Origin: Octopus vulgaris
Lineage: Eukaryota
DNA: 64,000 nt
NCBI GenBank assembly: GCA_951406725.2
Contig: OX597831.1
Location: 35,464,001 to 35,528,000, forward strand
Reading direction: 5' to 3'
Both the position numbers and the translations under genes were made by a program. The first letter of the stretch is position 1. Each line of letters opens with the position of its first letter. The notes under the pieces are model-generated. The model was not told the DNA's origin. It saw only the letters and a list, made by a program, of their open reading frames with translations, and searched no databases. Below are positions 53,065-64,000 of this stretch, one piece after another.

Positions 53065-53643
53065 GTTGTTGTTGTTGTTGTTATTATTATTTCAGGTGGT
53101 GAGCTGGTAGAATTGTTGGCATGCTGGGTGAATTGTTTAGCAGCATTTCGCCTGTCTTCACATTTCAGGTTCAAATTCCACTGGGGTCAGCTTTGCCTTT
53201 TATCCTTTCAGGGTTACTAAAATAAGTGCCAGTTGAAGTAATTGACTATCCCCCTATCCAAAATTTTAAATCATTATTATTATTATTATTATTTTTATTA
53301 TCATTATTATTATTATTATTATGGGGGCAAATAGACTAGTGGTTTGGTTGTTGCACTTACTTTCACTAGATCATGATTTCAGTTCGTAGACTAGGTGATG
53401 CATTGTGTCCTTGAACAAAATGCTTTAATCTGATATTGCTTTGCAATAATTTTGACACCTGACATGTGGTACACTGTGCACCTGTTTAGATTTGAAGGAC
53501 AGAGTGAGCTAATGTGTGGCACTTACTGTTTTGATCATTATAGACAAATCGTTTGTGTTGGTCATTTGGCAAAAGCTGAGCGCTCATATGTCGCCTTCGA
53601 CGAGAGAGTCCATTATCATTATCATTATTATTATCATTATTTT

Positions 53644-53949
53644 ATGTTTGACTTTTGCTTTGTATTTGTACAAATTGGCTCCAAGTCTCACCCAGAGACC
53701 TCAACAGACAAGTTAGAAGTTCATGTTGGTGTTATGCTTAGGGTGCCATATATTTGGTTTTGTACATAGTGTTGTTCTAGAGAATGTTTAAGAAACCATA
53801 AGAAAATTATGTTTGTTTTAAAATTTGAGATTACATAGTATTTTATGTAGGATATGGGCAGTTCTCATGAGCACTATCTTTTGAATTTCTGCCATTTTGG
53901 GGTTTCCTGCTATCTGACCTAGGTAGTAATCAACCCCATTTGCTATCAT
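53644..53949 (-). mobile_element. R4/Dong-type LINE 3' end (second family); 3' UTR-only copy at 54309-54460
   Basis: Minus strand GQIAGNPKMAEIQKIVLMRTAHILHKILC parallels LQKTALLGTARILRKVL. Inserted in (ATT)n. Confidence 0.75.
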
Positions 53950-54220
53950 CATCATCATCACTATTATTATTCAGTGAGAGAGCAGTGCATGCCATCAAAG
54001 TGATACTAGGGTAAAATATACGAAGCCCAGTGTACCCATCATGACTACCCATCTGATAAGGGTACACCAGGCACATGCATCACAACTGTATGTGCACAAC
54101 ATGGTGATCTCATATCAAGATAAACAGCACATGACCTTGCAGGTGGGGCCAGTTAGAATTTTCTTCATGTCGAGTGGCCCATCCCACTCAAAAGGTCCCT
54201 GAATAAGGATTGTTTAAGGA

Positions 54221-54298
<78 letters not shown>

Positions 54299-54737
54299 CA
54301 TTATTATTATGTTTGGCTTTTGCTTTGTATTTGTACAAGTTGACTCCAAGTCTCACCCAGAGACCTCAACAGGCAAGTTAGAAGTTCATGTTATGTTATG
54401 ACTAGGGTGCCATATTTTGGGTTTTGCACAAAGTATTGTTCAAGAGAATATCTGTGGAGACATAAGAATATTTGAAGTTTCTTTTAGAAGTAATTTGATT
54501 ATACGATGATAGTGTGATGTTCATATGACAGTAAAAGATGTTTGCTATTATGTACATTTAAAAGTATTTTGACACTGTAGTAAATATTGTTTGCCAACAC
54601 AACATGGCAGTCCAGGTCCAGGACGAATGTTGCTGTAATTTAGCCCCAAGAGACACTGTTTACAGATTTAGATGTTTTGGGGATTACATTGATAATATTT
54701 TTCTTAGGATATGAGCAGTTCCTAATTATTATTATTA

Positions 54738-55128
54738 TCTCTCTATATATAAAGCTGAAGTTGTCTGTGTATGGCAGGTTTGGTAGCCTTCGACTAACAC
54801 TATCTCCTCTGAGACCCTGCAGCACAAGTTGACCAAAATTGAGAGTATGATAGAAGAAGGCTTGCTCTTCCTTCCTTAGAAGAAAAAATTCAAATCGGAC
54901 CATGTTAACACCAAAAATTATTTACATTAAAAAGGTGCTTTTTTTCTATGAAAATCCCTATTTTTTCGATTTTTTGACTGCTGTGTCGCCATTTTTCAGT
55001 GTATTTCAACCAGAAAAATGTTCACTTAAAGAGAATAACAAGCTACATAATGCAAAATTTATAGTTTTCAAAAATTCCAATTCTAAAGGGTTGAAACAAA
55101 CCCAAGCAATGCCAGGCGATACTGCTAG
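54738..55128 (+). mobile_element. Non-autonomous Helitron
   Basis: A|TC 5' end, subterminal imperfect hairpin CCCAAGCAATGCCAGG, CTAG|T 3' end. Confidence 0.75.
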
Positions 55129-56360
55129 TTACTATTAATATAATTATTATTATTATTATAAAAGTTTCTGTTTGCCTTTAGGGTAACGGATAAGTAGTAG
55201 TCATTACAAAGTTACTTAAAGCAATCAAGAAAAATACAAAATTTGACTATAAATAAATTCAGAAAATGGTTTCCGTGCCAGTGGCACGTAAAAAGCACCA
55301 TTCGAACGTGATCGTTACCAGTGTTGCCTTACTGGCACTTGTGCCAGTGGCATGTGACAAAACATTCGAGCGAGGTTGTTGCCAGTGCCGCTGGACTGGC
55401 TCCTGTGCAGGTGGCATGTAAAAAACACCATTTGAGCGTGGCCGTTGCCAGTACTACGTGACTGGCCCTCATGCCGGTGGCATGTAAAAGCACCCACTGT
55501 ACTCTTGGAGTGGTTGGCGTTAGGAAGGGCATCCAGCTGTAGAAACTGCCAGATCAAGATTGGAGCCTGATGCAACCATCTAGTTTGCCAGTTCTCAGTC
55601 AAATCATCCAACCTATGCTAGCATGGAAAGCGGATGTTAAACGATGATGATGATGATGATGATGTTTACAAAGGCATTTCATTTTTATATCCATAATGAT
55701 GATGCTAATGGTAATTAGAGTAATCCCTCAACTATCGTGGCTGTTACGTTCCAAATCCATGAAGTAGAAACAGTACTGTATTTTTAAAAAATTATTTTTC
55801 TAATTTGTATATATTTATTTTATTATAAATGCAAAACAACACCACAGAGGACTCTACATAAGCTTAAATAATAAGCCACAATAGGTGAACCGTGATAAGG
55901 CATGGGGTTACTGTATAATAATCCTTTCCACTATAGGCACAAGGCCTGAAATCTGGTACTTATTTCATCAACCCTGAAATGATGAAAGGCAAAGTTGACC
56001 TTGGCAGGATTTGAACTCAGAATGTAAAGATGGATGAAATGCCGCTAAGCATTTTAGCTGGTGTGCAATGATTTTGTTAGCTTACCATCTGAATAATGAT
56101 AATAATAATAATGATAGTAATGACGATGATGATTATAATAATAATAAGGAATATAATAATGATTATAATAATTGATGATATTACATAATTTTTTTGAGAA
56201 ATTTTATGCATAAAGCACATTTGAAATTATCTTTGTTGTAGTTTTATTTCTGTATTTTGTGCCAAAGTTTTTGCTGAATTTACTATTAATTTAGCTAATT
56301 TCACACAATTATGCTTTGAAATTAAAATAAATATAATGAAACAATAAAAGAATGTTGATG

Positions 56361-56424
<64 letters not shown>

Positions 56425-56483
56425 TGATGATGATAATGATAATAATAATGATAATAATAATAATAATAGTAATAGTAATAATA

Positions 56484-56528
<45 letters not shown>

Positions 56529-57506
56529 GTAATAATAAACTAACGAAATGCATTATCTATGAGTAATGTTATTATTAAAGAAAATCCTCGTTTTAAAACA
56601 TTCTTGAAACTGAAGACAAAATTAATAGGTTATTTGTATTTGAATTTTATTTTTAATTCACATTTTTTATATTCTTTTAGTTATTCACATTGGAAATGTT
56701 CGTTAGCTCTTCGTTTGTGTGTGAGTTTTTTAATGTTACTGTCATTATCATCAATCATCACCACAGTCATTATTGTCGACTTTGACAACGAGGTGGTAGC
56801 AGTAGTAGTAGAAGTGGTGTCTTCATCGTTGTTGATGTTGTTGTTGTTGTTATTGGTGTAATGGTTGTTATTGTTGTTGTTGACTTGGTGTTCAAAGTCA
56901 CCATCATGCTCATCATCATTGTTATCATCTTCATTATTATTATTGTCACCCTCATCAGTGTCGTAAGCTTGTAGAGTCATTAGCACACTGGACAAAATGC
57001 TTAGCAGCATCTCTCCTGTCTTTAGGTTCTGAGTTCAAATTCCACCTTTCCTCCTTTTAGGGTCATTAAAATAAGAACCAATTGAGCACTGGGGTTGATG
57101 TAACTGACTTACCCACCCCCAAATTGCTGGCCTTGTGCCAAATTTTGAAGCCATTATTACCACCTTCATCATCACCACCCTCATACCATCATTACCATTA
57201 TCCTACTTATCACCACCATCACCACCACCATTGGCCTCTTCGTTGTCATCACTCTTGCTGTTATTACTGTGGCTGCTACCACAGACACCAGTACAACTCT
57301 CACTACCACCACCAAAAATAACCACTGCCTCCTCCAACTATTAATATTACCCCCTCCCATCATCATCATCATCATCATCATCAGACAAAATCTGGAGATG
57401 GACAAAAAAGGTACATAAAAACGAAGGGATGGCTGAGATATACAATAAACTGTTGGGCATGTTTAAAAATTCAAGCTAAATAAATGGAAATTATGCACAA
57501 GTTATA

Positions 57507-57582
<76 letters not shown>

Positions 57583-57879
57583 CATATACATACATAAGGC
57601 ATGGCTCAGTGGTTAAGGCGTTGCACTCACGATTGCGAGATTGTGGGTTCGATTCCCAGACCGAGTATTGTGTTGTGTTTTTGAGCAAATCACTTCAGTG
57701 TGTGGCATGTGATGTCCCATTGCACCTGTACAGGTAATGTCGATTTGATGGAGGGAGTGAGCTTATGTCTACACCAACATTTGATCACTATAAAACAATT
57801 CATGTGTGGTAAGAAATTTTCGAACCCTCATGTGTCATCTAATGACAGGAGAGTCCATCATATATATATATATATATGT

Positions 57880-57929
<50 letters not shown>

Positions 57930-58593
57930 AAGTAAATTTATAAAAGAGATATAATTAAAAGAACATGCAAAGCATTGAAGGTAACTGATCCACATATGGA
58001 GTAAAAACTCACCATGTAGATTGGGCAACATCACTCCATGATTCTGCCTAGCTTTGATTTGTTGCATTAAGGCAGGGTGCAATCAGTAATACCATTAAGC
58101 ATTTTCTGTATTGGCTATTGTAATATATATATATAATAAAATGAGAAAGTAGAGAGGTAATTAATAAATTATTATTTAGTAATTAAAAATTGACAAACAT
58201 CCCTTACAGCTGCTTCAATTCCAGACCTTCAGAAAATAAAATAAATTAAAAATTATTTCAAGGTCGAATCTCTTTAGAGGTAGTTTAAGATATACAAAAT
58301 AGGTGTTCAATTCCTGCATGTTGAGTAAACAGCTGCTATCCCTGAATGAGGTTTGTAACCTTTATTTGTGCTTCTGTGTGTGTATATAGATATCATGTGT
58401 GGGTGAAATATATGTATATGTAGGTGCAGGCATGGCTGTGTGGTAAGAAGTTTACTTTCCAACGATATGGTTCTGAGTTCAGTCCTACAGGGTGGCATCT
58501 TGGGCAAGTGTCTTCTGCTATAGCCTCAAGCTGACCAAAGCCTTGTGAGTGGATTTGGTTGACAGAAACTGAAAGAAGCCCATCATATATGCG

Positions 58594-58627
<34 letters not shown>

Positions 58628-58717
58628 GTATGTGTGAGTGTGTGTGTGTATATATATATATATGAACCACCTATTGATTCCTTCCATTTTCTTATTGCTA
58701 TATATTATATATATGAA

Positions 58718-59040
58718 CTAGCTTAAAAGCTGCACTCTGTGTAAACTTTTAAGATACCTCCTGCAGAGGGCCAATTGGGCCTGTGACTTAAAACTAAAGA
58801 GAGCAATATTAAAGCATTTGTTGGTACCCTACCAATCTGGTATTACTTTGAATTCAGTTTAAATCAAAAACTTTTAAGTTCACAAAATTTTTGAGTTCTT
58901 TTAAAATTTGAATTTTCTGGACTGTTAGCATATAACAAATCCTAATTCGAAAAAGATACACTATCTCTATGTAGAGCAATATAGTCTGAGATACAGCGGT
59001 CTCAGATGGACAGACAGAACTGTGCATTTATTATTATAGA
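58718..59040 (-). mobile_element. Non-autonomous Helitron
   Basis: The minus strand starts A|TCTATAATAATAAATG..TCTGTCTGTC and ends CTAG|T. Confidence 0.6.
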
Positions 59041-59577
59041 TATATATGAGGGTATGGGCAAGTCAGTTGCCTTGGTTCTAGTACTTGACTGGTACTTTAT
59101 TTTCTTGGCTCTAAAGGGATGAAAGGCAAAGATGACTTCAGAAGGATTTGAACACAGAATTTAAAGAACTGGAAGAAATGCTGCTAAGCATTTTATTGAC
59201 CATACTAATGATTTTGTCAGCTTGCTGCCCCATGCAAACCTCTGGGAAGAAGTGGTCTTTGACCTGTCCAGCATGGGGAACCCTACCCAGGAAGTTGCAT
59301 TCCACTGGTGTAGATATCACAGTGATTGAGGCATACAAGCCACCACATCTCAATTTGTATTGTACTTTGTAATGGAAAGTTACCAATTCTTCCATCCTCC
59401 TTTTTTTCCAAAATATTGCTGACATATCACAACATCTTTGAATAACGCCGTTCTAAAACTATGCTAGCATGGAAAAATTGATGTAAGAACAAATAAATTA
59501 TCACGTTACTGAGAGAGTAATTAGCATGGAAAGTAATGTAAGCTTGCTATATATTCTAGGTTTTGTTTTAATTGCAG

Positions 59578-59708
59578 ATGATTATCAGCTCAGAGAAAAG
59601 TTTTATGAAGAAATAAATAAAAATTACAATACCGTCTTTGAGGATATGTCTTCAAAAATCTGTTTACAGTCATTTATGCATACTAATCAACCTGGAGACA
59701 AAATTAAG
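59578..59708 (+). CDS. CFAP221: CFAP221 exon J (DDYQLREKFYEEINKNYNTVFEDMSSKICLQSFMHTNQPGDKIK)
   Basis: ttttaattgcag acceptor, AAG|gtaatt donor, phase 1 to 0 consistent with exon I. Homology is weaker than for the other exons. Confidence 0.72.
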
Positions 59709-60041
59709 GTAATTGCAGTTTTCTTTTTCCTCCTTTTTTTTTATTGGTCCATTTCTTTCCTTGTTATCTATATTTGTTTTTTATTTGTTTTACTGGGAAA
59801 ATTAATATTTAAAAAAATATTTTTAAATGTTAGAATTAATATATTATTATATCTCTCTTTCTCTTTCTTTATCTCTCTCTCTTTCTTTCTTTCTTTCTCT
59901 CTCTTTTTCTCAGTATTTCTCTCTGCATACAAACACACATTCACAAACACACACACACATTCACAAACACACACACACAAACATAGAGGCATTTAGACAA
60001 AAAGAGAAACAGAAAAATATGTTTATATAGATTTGTATGTA

Positions 60042-60209
60042 TAGGCGCAGGAGTGGCTGTGTGGTAAGTAGCTTGCTTACCATCCACATGGTTCCGGGTT
60101 CAGTCCCACTGCGTGGCACCTTGGGCAAGTGTCTTCTACTATAGCCTCGCGCCGACCAAAGCCTTTGTGAGTGGATTTGGTAGACGGAAATTGAAAGAAA
60201 CTCGTCGTA

Positions 60210-60257
<48 letters not shown>

Positions 60258-60479
60258 CGTGTGTGTTTGTGTGTTTGTGTTTGTCCCCCTAGCATTGCTT
60301 GACAACCGATGCTGGTGTGTTTATGTCCCCGTCACTTAGCGATTCGGCAAAAGAGACCGATAGAATAAGTACTGGGCTTACAAAGAATTAGTCCCAGGGT
60401 CGAGTAGCTCGACTAAAGGCGGTGCTCCAGCATGGCCGCAGTCAAACGACTGAAACAAGTACAAGAGTAAAGAGTAAGA

Positions 60480-60480
<1 letters not shown>
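60042..60480 (+). mobile_element. SINE family B, full-length
   Basis: Collinear with 37531-37937. Confidence 0.88.
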
Positions 60481-60522
<42 letters not shown>

Positions 60523-60627
60523 TATATATATATCAATATACACACAATATTTATAGATTTACGTGTATATTTACATATATGCACATATATATTCATATAT
60601 ATGTAGATAATATGTAATCAATATTTA

Positions 60628-60658
<31 letters not shown>

Positions 60659-61180
60659 CTTCATACATATTGTGTCACACTCACACACACATACATGCAC
60701 CCATACATATAGGATTAATGAATATGAAGGAATCAGTGAAACCGTGAGCAAAATGATGGTGGAACCAACAAACTGGATTCTCAATCCAGAGACAGTTGCT
60801 AATTCTCAGAAGTTGTGAATTTCTAAATTCTTCCATTTTTGAGACATATATTTTTTTACGTTCTCAGTCAGTTGTTTGTGCCCATACTGGAGCACTACTT
60901 TTATTGCCTGCCCCTACCCACAACACTTATTGCAACATTTTACTGATCTCCATTTGCTGAGCTGTGAATTTATGAAAAATGAACATAATACACGGAACAT
61001 CTATAACCTTGGTTCTTAGACTGGTTCAGAGAAAACAAATGCTGACATATACATACATATATATACACGTCTTTAAAAGGATTTGTGTCTTGTAAGTTAG
61101 TTGGTGACCCTACCAGTGCTGATGCCAGGTAAAATGCATCCAGTCCATACTGTAAAGTGGTTGGTGTTTGGAAAGGCATC

Positions 61181-61591
61181 CAGCTGTAAAAACCTTGCCA
61201 AAACTGACCTCACCTGTGCTTGTGCCACATAAAATGCCCTCAATCCACTCTGCTGGATGGTTGGTGTTAGGAAGAGCACCCAGCTGTAAAAACCTTGCCA
61301 AAACTGACCTCACCTGTGCTTGTGCCACATAAAATGCCCTCAATCCACTCTGCTGGATGGTTGGTCTTAGGAAGAGCACCCAGCTGTAAAAACCTTGCCT
61401 AAACTGACCTCACCTGTGCTTGTGCCACATAAAATGCCCTCAATCTATTCTGCTTGATGGTTGGTGTTAGGAAGGGCATCCAACTGTAAAACCTTGCCAA
61501 AACAGACATTGAAGTCTGGTGCAGGCTCCTGCCTAGCCGGCTCCTGCCTAGCCGGCTCCTGCCTAGCCGGCTCCTGCCTAGCCGGCTCCTG
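61181..61591 (+). repeat. Tandem duplications inside a family D element: 100-bp unit x3+ and 15-bp unit GGCTCCTGCCTAGCC x4
   Basis: CA(G/A)CTGTAAAA recurs at 61181, 61281, 61381 and 61481. The 15-mer array spans 61524-61591. Confidence 0.92.
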
Positions 61592-61804
61592 TCAAACTGC
61601 CCAGCCCATGCCAGCATAGAAGGCAGATGTTAAGCAACAATGATGATGATGACGACAACGATGACGAAGATGATAATGATGAAGATGATGATAATGGTGA
61701 TGATGATGATAATGATTGCCTCATCTTGTCAAATGACAACCACCTCAATTTCAGCCTGGTCATTTTGATTTACTTTCATCCCTGCATGTGTGTGAATATG
61801 ACTT

Positions 61805-62080
61805 TTCATGCAATATGCCCATCACCATAGTGCTTTATAAAATACCAGAAAAACTTGGAAATTAATGACTGTGAAATATCTGAAGGTTTTTGAAAGCTTG
61901 TACAACACTTTTGCTACTCTCTCAGTCACTATTATAGGTTCCAGTGACAAACTTTGCAAGATGACTGATACTGTTTTGACTGCAAGTTTTATGTCAGAGC
62001 ATCTTTGTCCTAGAAGAGCTGCTTTTCCTATAACTTTGTCAAAAATAAAGGGATCCTCCTCTACCCTTAGGAAATTTATT
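61805..62080 (-). pseudogene. Old LINE (CR1/L2-group) ORF2 fragment
   Basis: Minus strand RVAKVLYKLSKTFRYF..FLVFYKALW*WAYC resembles the post-RT motif ANKVLG..KRTF..FL.LYKALVRPHLEYC. Confidence 0.4.
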
Positions 62081-62228
62081 TAACCCTTAGATGGGACTGC
62101 TGTTCCAGGTCAGAACAGACTTGGGAGCAATGGTAATTAAGGAGTGACTCTATTCTCCCCATCGCTTCAGAACTCCTGAACTATCGCCTTTCCATGGGTG
62201 CTGTTTAATGTTACACCCAAGATATTTA

Positions 62229-62858
62229 AAGGGGTGCTGAAAAGATCCTGGTTTTAAGAGTATTATGAAAGGGCTGGCTGGAAGCCCAGCTTTCCAAGTT
62301 CTTTTATAGGGCGTACAAAAATTGAAGGACCGTTGCAATAAGTGTGTGAATCTGAGAGGGGAATATGTTGAATAAAATCATAATTAAGTGATTCTTCTGT
62401 ATTTCCTCTTTACCCAAAGCCAGGAAATTTTCAGCAGCCCCTCGTGTGATGATGATGATGATGGTATATATGTATGAGGAAATGCTGAAAAGTTCTTGGC
62501 TTTAACCCATATATACCCATAAAAAAAATGAAGTCTTAAAATTTCACTGTATTTAGATTAAATGTCATGGTAAGCTTTCACAATCTGGAAGAGAAGGACA
62601 GTATGCAACTGTTAGCTACAAGTGTTGACTACCTGCTGAACATTTCATATGCTTGGTCAGATGCTTCCTGGTGAGTTCATGTCCAAATGAGGAGGAGCAA
62701 GTTTTGCTTTGAGAAAACACAACCAGGAGTATATATGGGTTAAGGGTATCACAAAAGGCCTGGTTGGAGGCCCCAGCTTTCTGAGTTCTTTTACATAACT
62801 AACTGATCTTTCTCTATTTTCTTTTACCCAAAGCCGGGGACTTTTCAGCACACCCTTG
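62229..62858. mobile_element. Two adjacent mariner-derived MITEs (62229-62444 and 62475-62858)
   Basis: TIRs like GAGGGG(C)TGCTGAAAAGTTCCTGGCTTT. The first retains VQKLKDRCNKCVNLRGEYVE*. Confidence 0.78.
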
Positions 62859-64000
62859 TATATATGCACAGGCATGGCTATGTGGTGAGAAGTTTGCACT
62901 GTGGATTGAACCTGCAAGCACATGGTACCAATGTGAAATTCTTAACCACTGAACCATGTCTACATGTGTATCTATGTCTACATGTGTATCTATCAACCTA
63001 TAAACAATGGAAAAAAATCATTCATCAAAATAAAATGCAAAACAAAAGCTATTCGTTATTTCCTTCTCTATAATTGGTGATTTTATGGCTTGTTCCAAAA
63101 TATTTCTAAATGGAAAACTAAATTAATTTGCTGATTTCTCAACTAATTGCTTATTTTAAATTGAGTCATAACATTAATTTATTTACCTTCAATTGTGATA
63201 TCATTTGAAGGTTAAATACGTAAAAGTCAAAAATACAAAATTAAAAAGCAAAACAGAATAAACAATAACGAAACGAAAATAAACTTCAAACATTAATTAT
63301 TAGAATTAAAATGTTTTTGCATTTGTTTTATCAGTCATGAATCACTAATTGTCGGGGTGGTGGGGGTTACGTTTTTCTACGGAATTGACACCAATATATG
63401 AAGGTTAGAAAGACATAGATGGTAGTGTCAAAAAAACAAATGCTAGAAAGAATTTCTACGTGGTTTCTTGGTCTCCTAGACATAGAAGCAAAATGTTCGT
63501 CAAATTATCCTTTTACAGTAGCTGCCACTATTTTTTGCTGTGTGGAGGTACATGGCCTAATGGTTAGAGCAGCAGACATGCAATGGAGAGATCATGGGTT
63601 TTAATCTCAGACCAGGCGATGTGTGTGTTTATGAGCCAAACACATAAGCTCCATGTGGCTCCGGCAGAAGATAATGGTGAACTTCTGTTGACTCTTTCGC
63701 CACAGCTTTCTCTCACTCTTTCCTCTTGCATCTAGCAGCTCACCTGTGATGGACCTGCATTCCATCCATGTGGAGAACCTATACACCAATGAAACTGAGA
63801 ACCTGGCCCTTATGAGCCAGGCATAGCTCGAAAAGAAACAAAAAACAACTTTGCTTTTGCTAATTATTTTAGGTGCCTATGTGGCTGGGTGCAAATATAG
63901 ATTCTTTCTTGGCCCTTCTTTTAAGATGTGGCTGTCTGAAGGAGAGAAAGCTGCATCAGTAGTCAGCTGGTACGCATTTGCAGTGGAGTATATTGGAGTA

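Noticed and set aside
60713-60818. Short ORF INEYEGISETVSKMMVEPTNWILNPETV
   Set aside because: In the phase required after exon J it reads GAT TAA (stop), it has no pyrimidine tract, and no recognisable homology.
61181-61591. CRISPR-like array
   Set aside because: The units are fully repeated with no unique spacers, the context is eukaryotic, and there are no cas genes.
63873-63962. Possible next CFAP221 exon (ttttag|GTG CCT ATG TGG..., VPMWLG...)
   Set aside because: The acceptor is good, but there is no recognisable CFAP221 similarity beyond VP, no convincing donor before the in-frame stop, and an expected intervening exon was not found.

Overview
AT-rich eukaryotic DNA saturated with microsatellites and SINEs. 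The repeat content is characteristic of an octopus (coleoid cephalopod) genome; this species assignment is an inference. The window lies inside one + strand gene. Ten GT-AG exons (3678-59708) splice in phase into a stop-free 367-codon stretch that I recognise from memory as the ciliary central-pair protein CFAP221/PCDP1; its start and end are not identified in the window. Almost all listed ORFs are low-complexity artefacts. The introns hold tRNA-derived SINEs, R4/Dong, RTE, CR1/L2-like and Tx1-like LINE remnants, maT (DD37D) and mariner elements, Helitrons and piggyBac-type MITEs. The most unusual signal is a set of small non-coding elements in or beside (TA)n tracts that carry type-I hammerhead ribozyme motifs. 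Three of them (19317-19642, 19699-19920, 27035-27388) share almost no primary sequence but keep the same ordered architecture: a hammerhead followed by a GG(A/G)CACA/TGTGTC-AA-(T)AGC...GCTA module, suggesting a retrozyme/Penelope-dependent family. A separate palindromic element with a tRNA head and a hammerhead tail has a target-site duplication that copies a CFAP221 splice donor. No ribozyme activity, expression or database match was tested.
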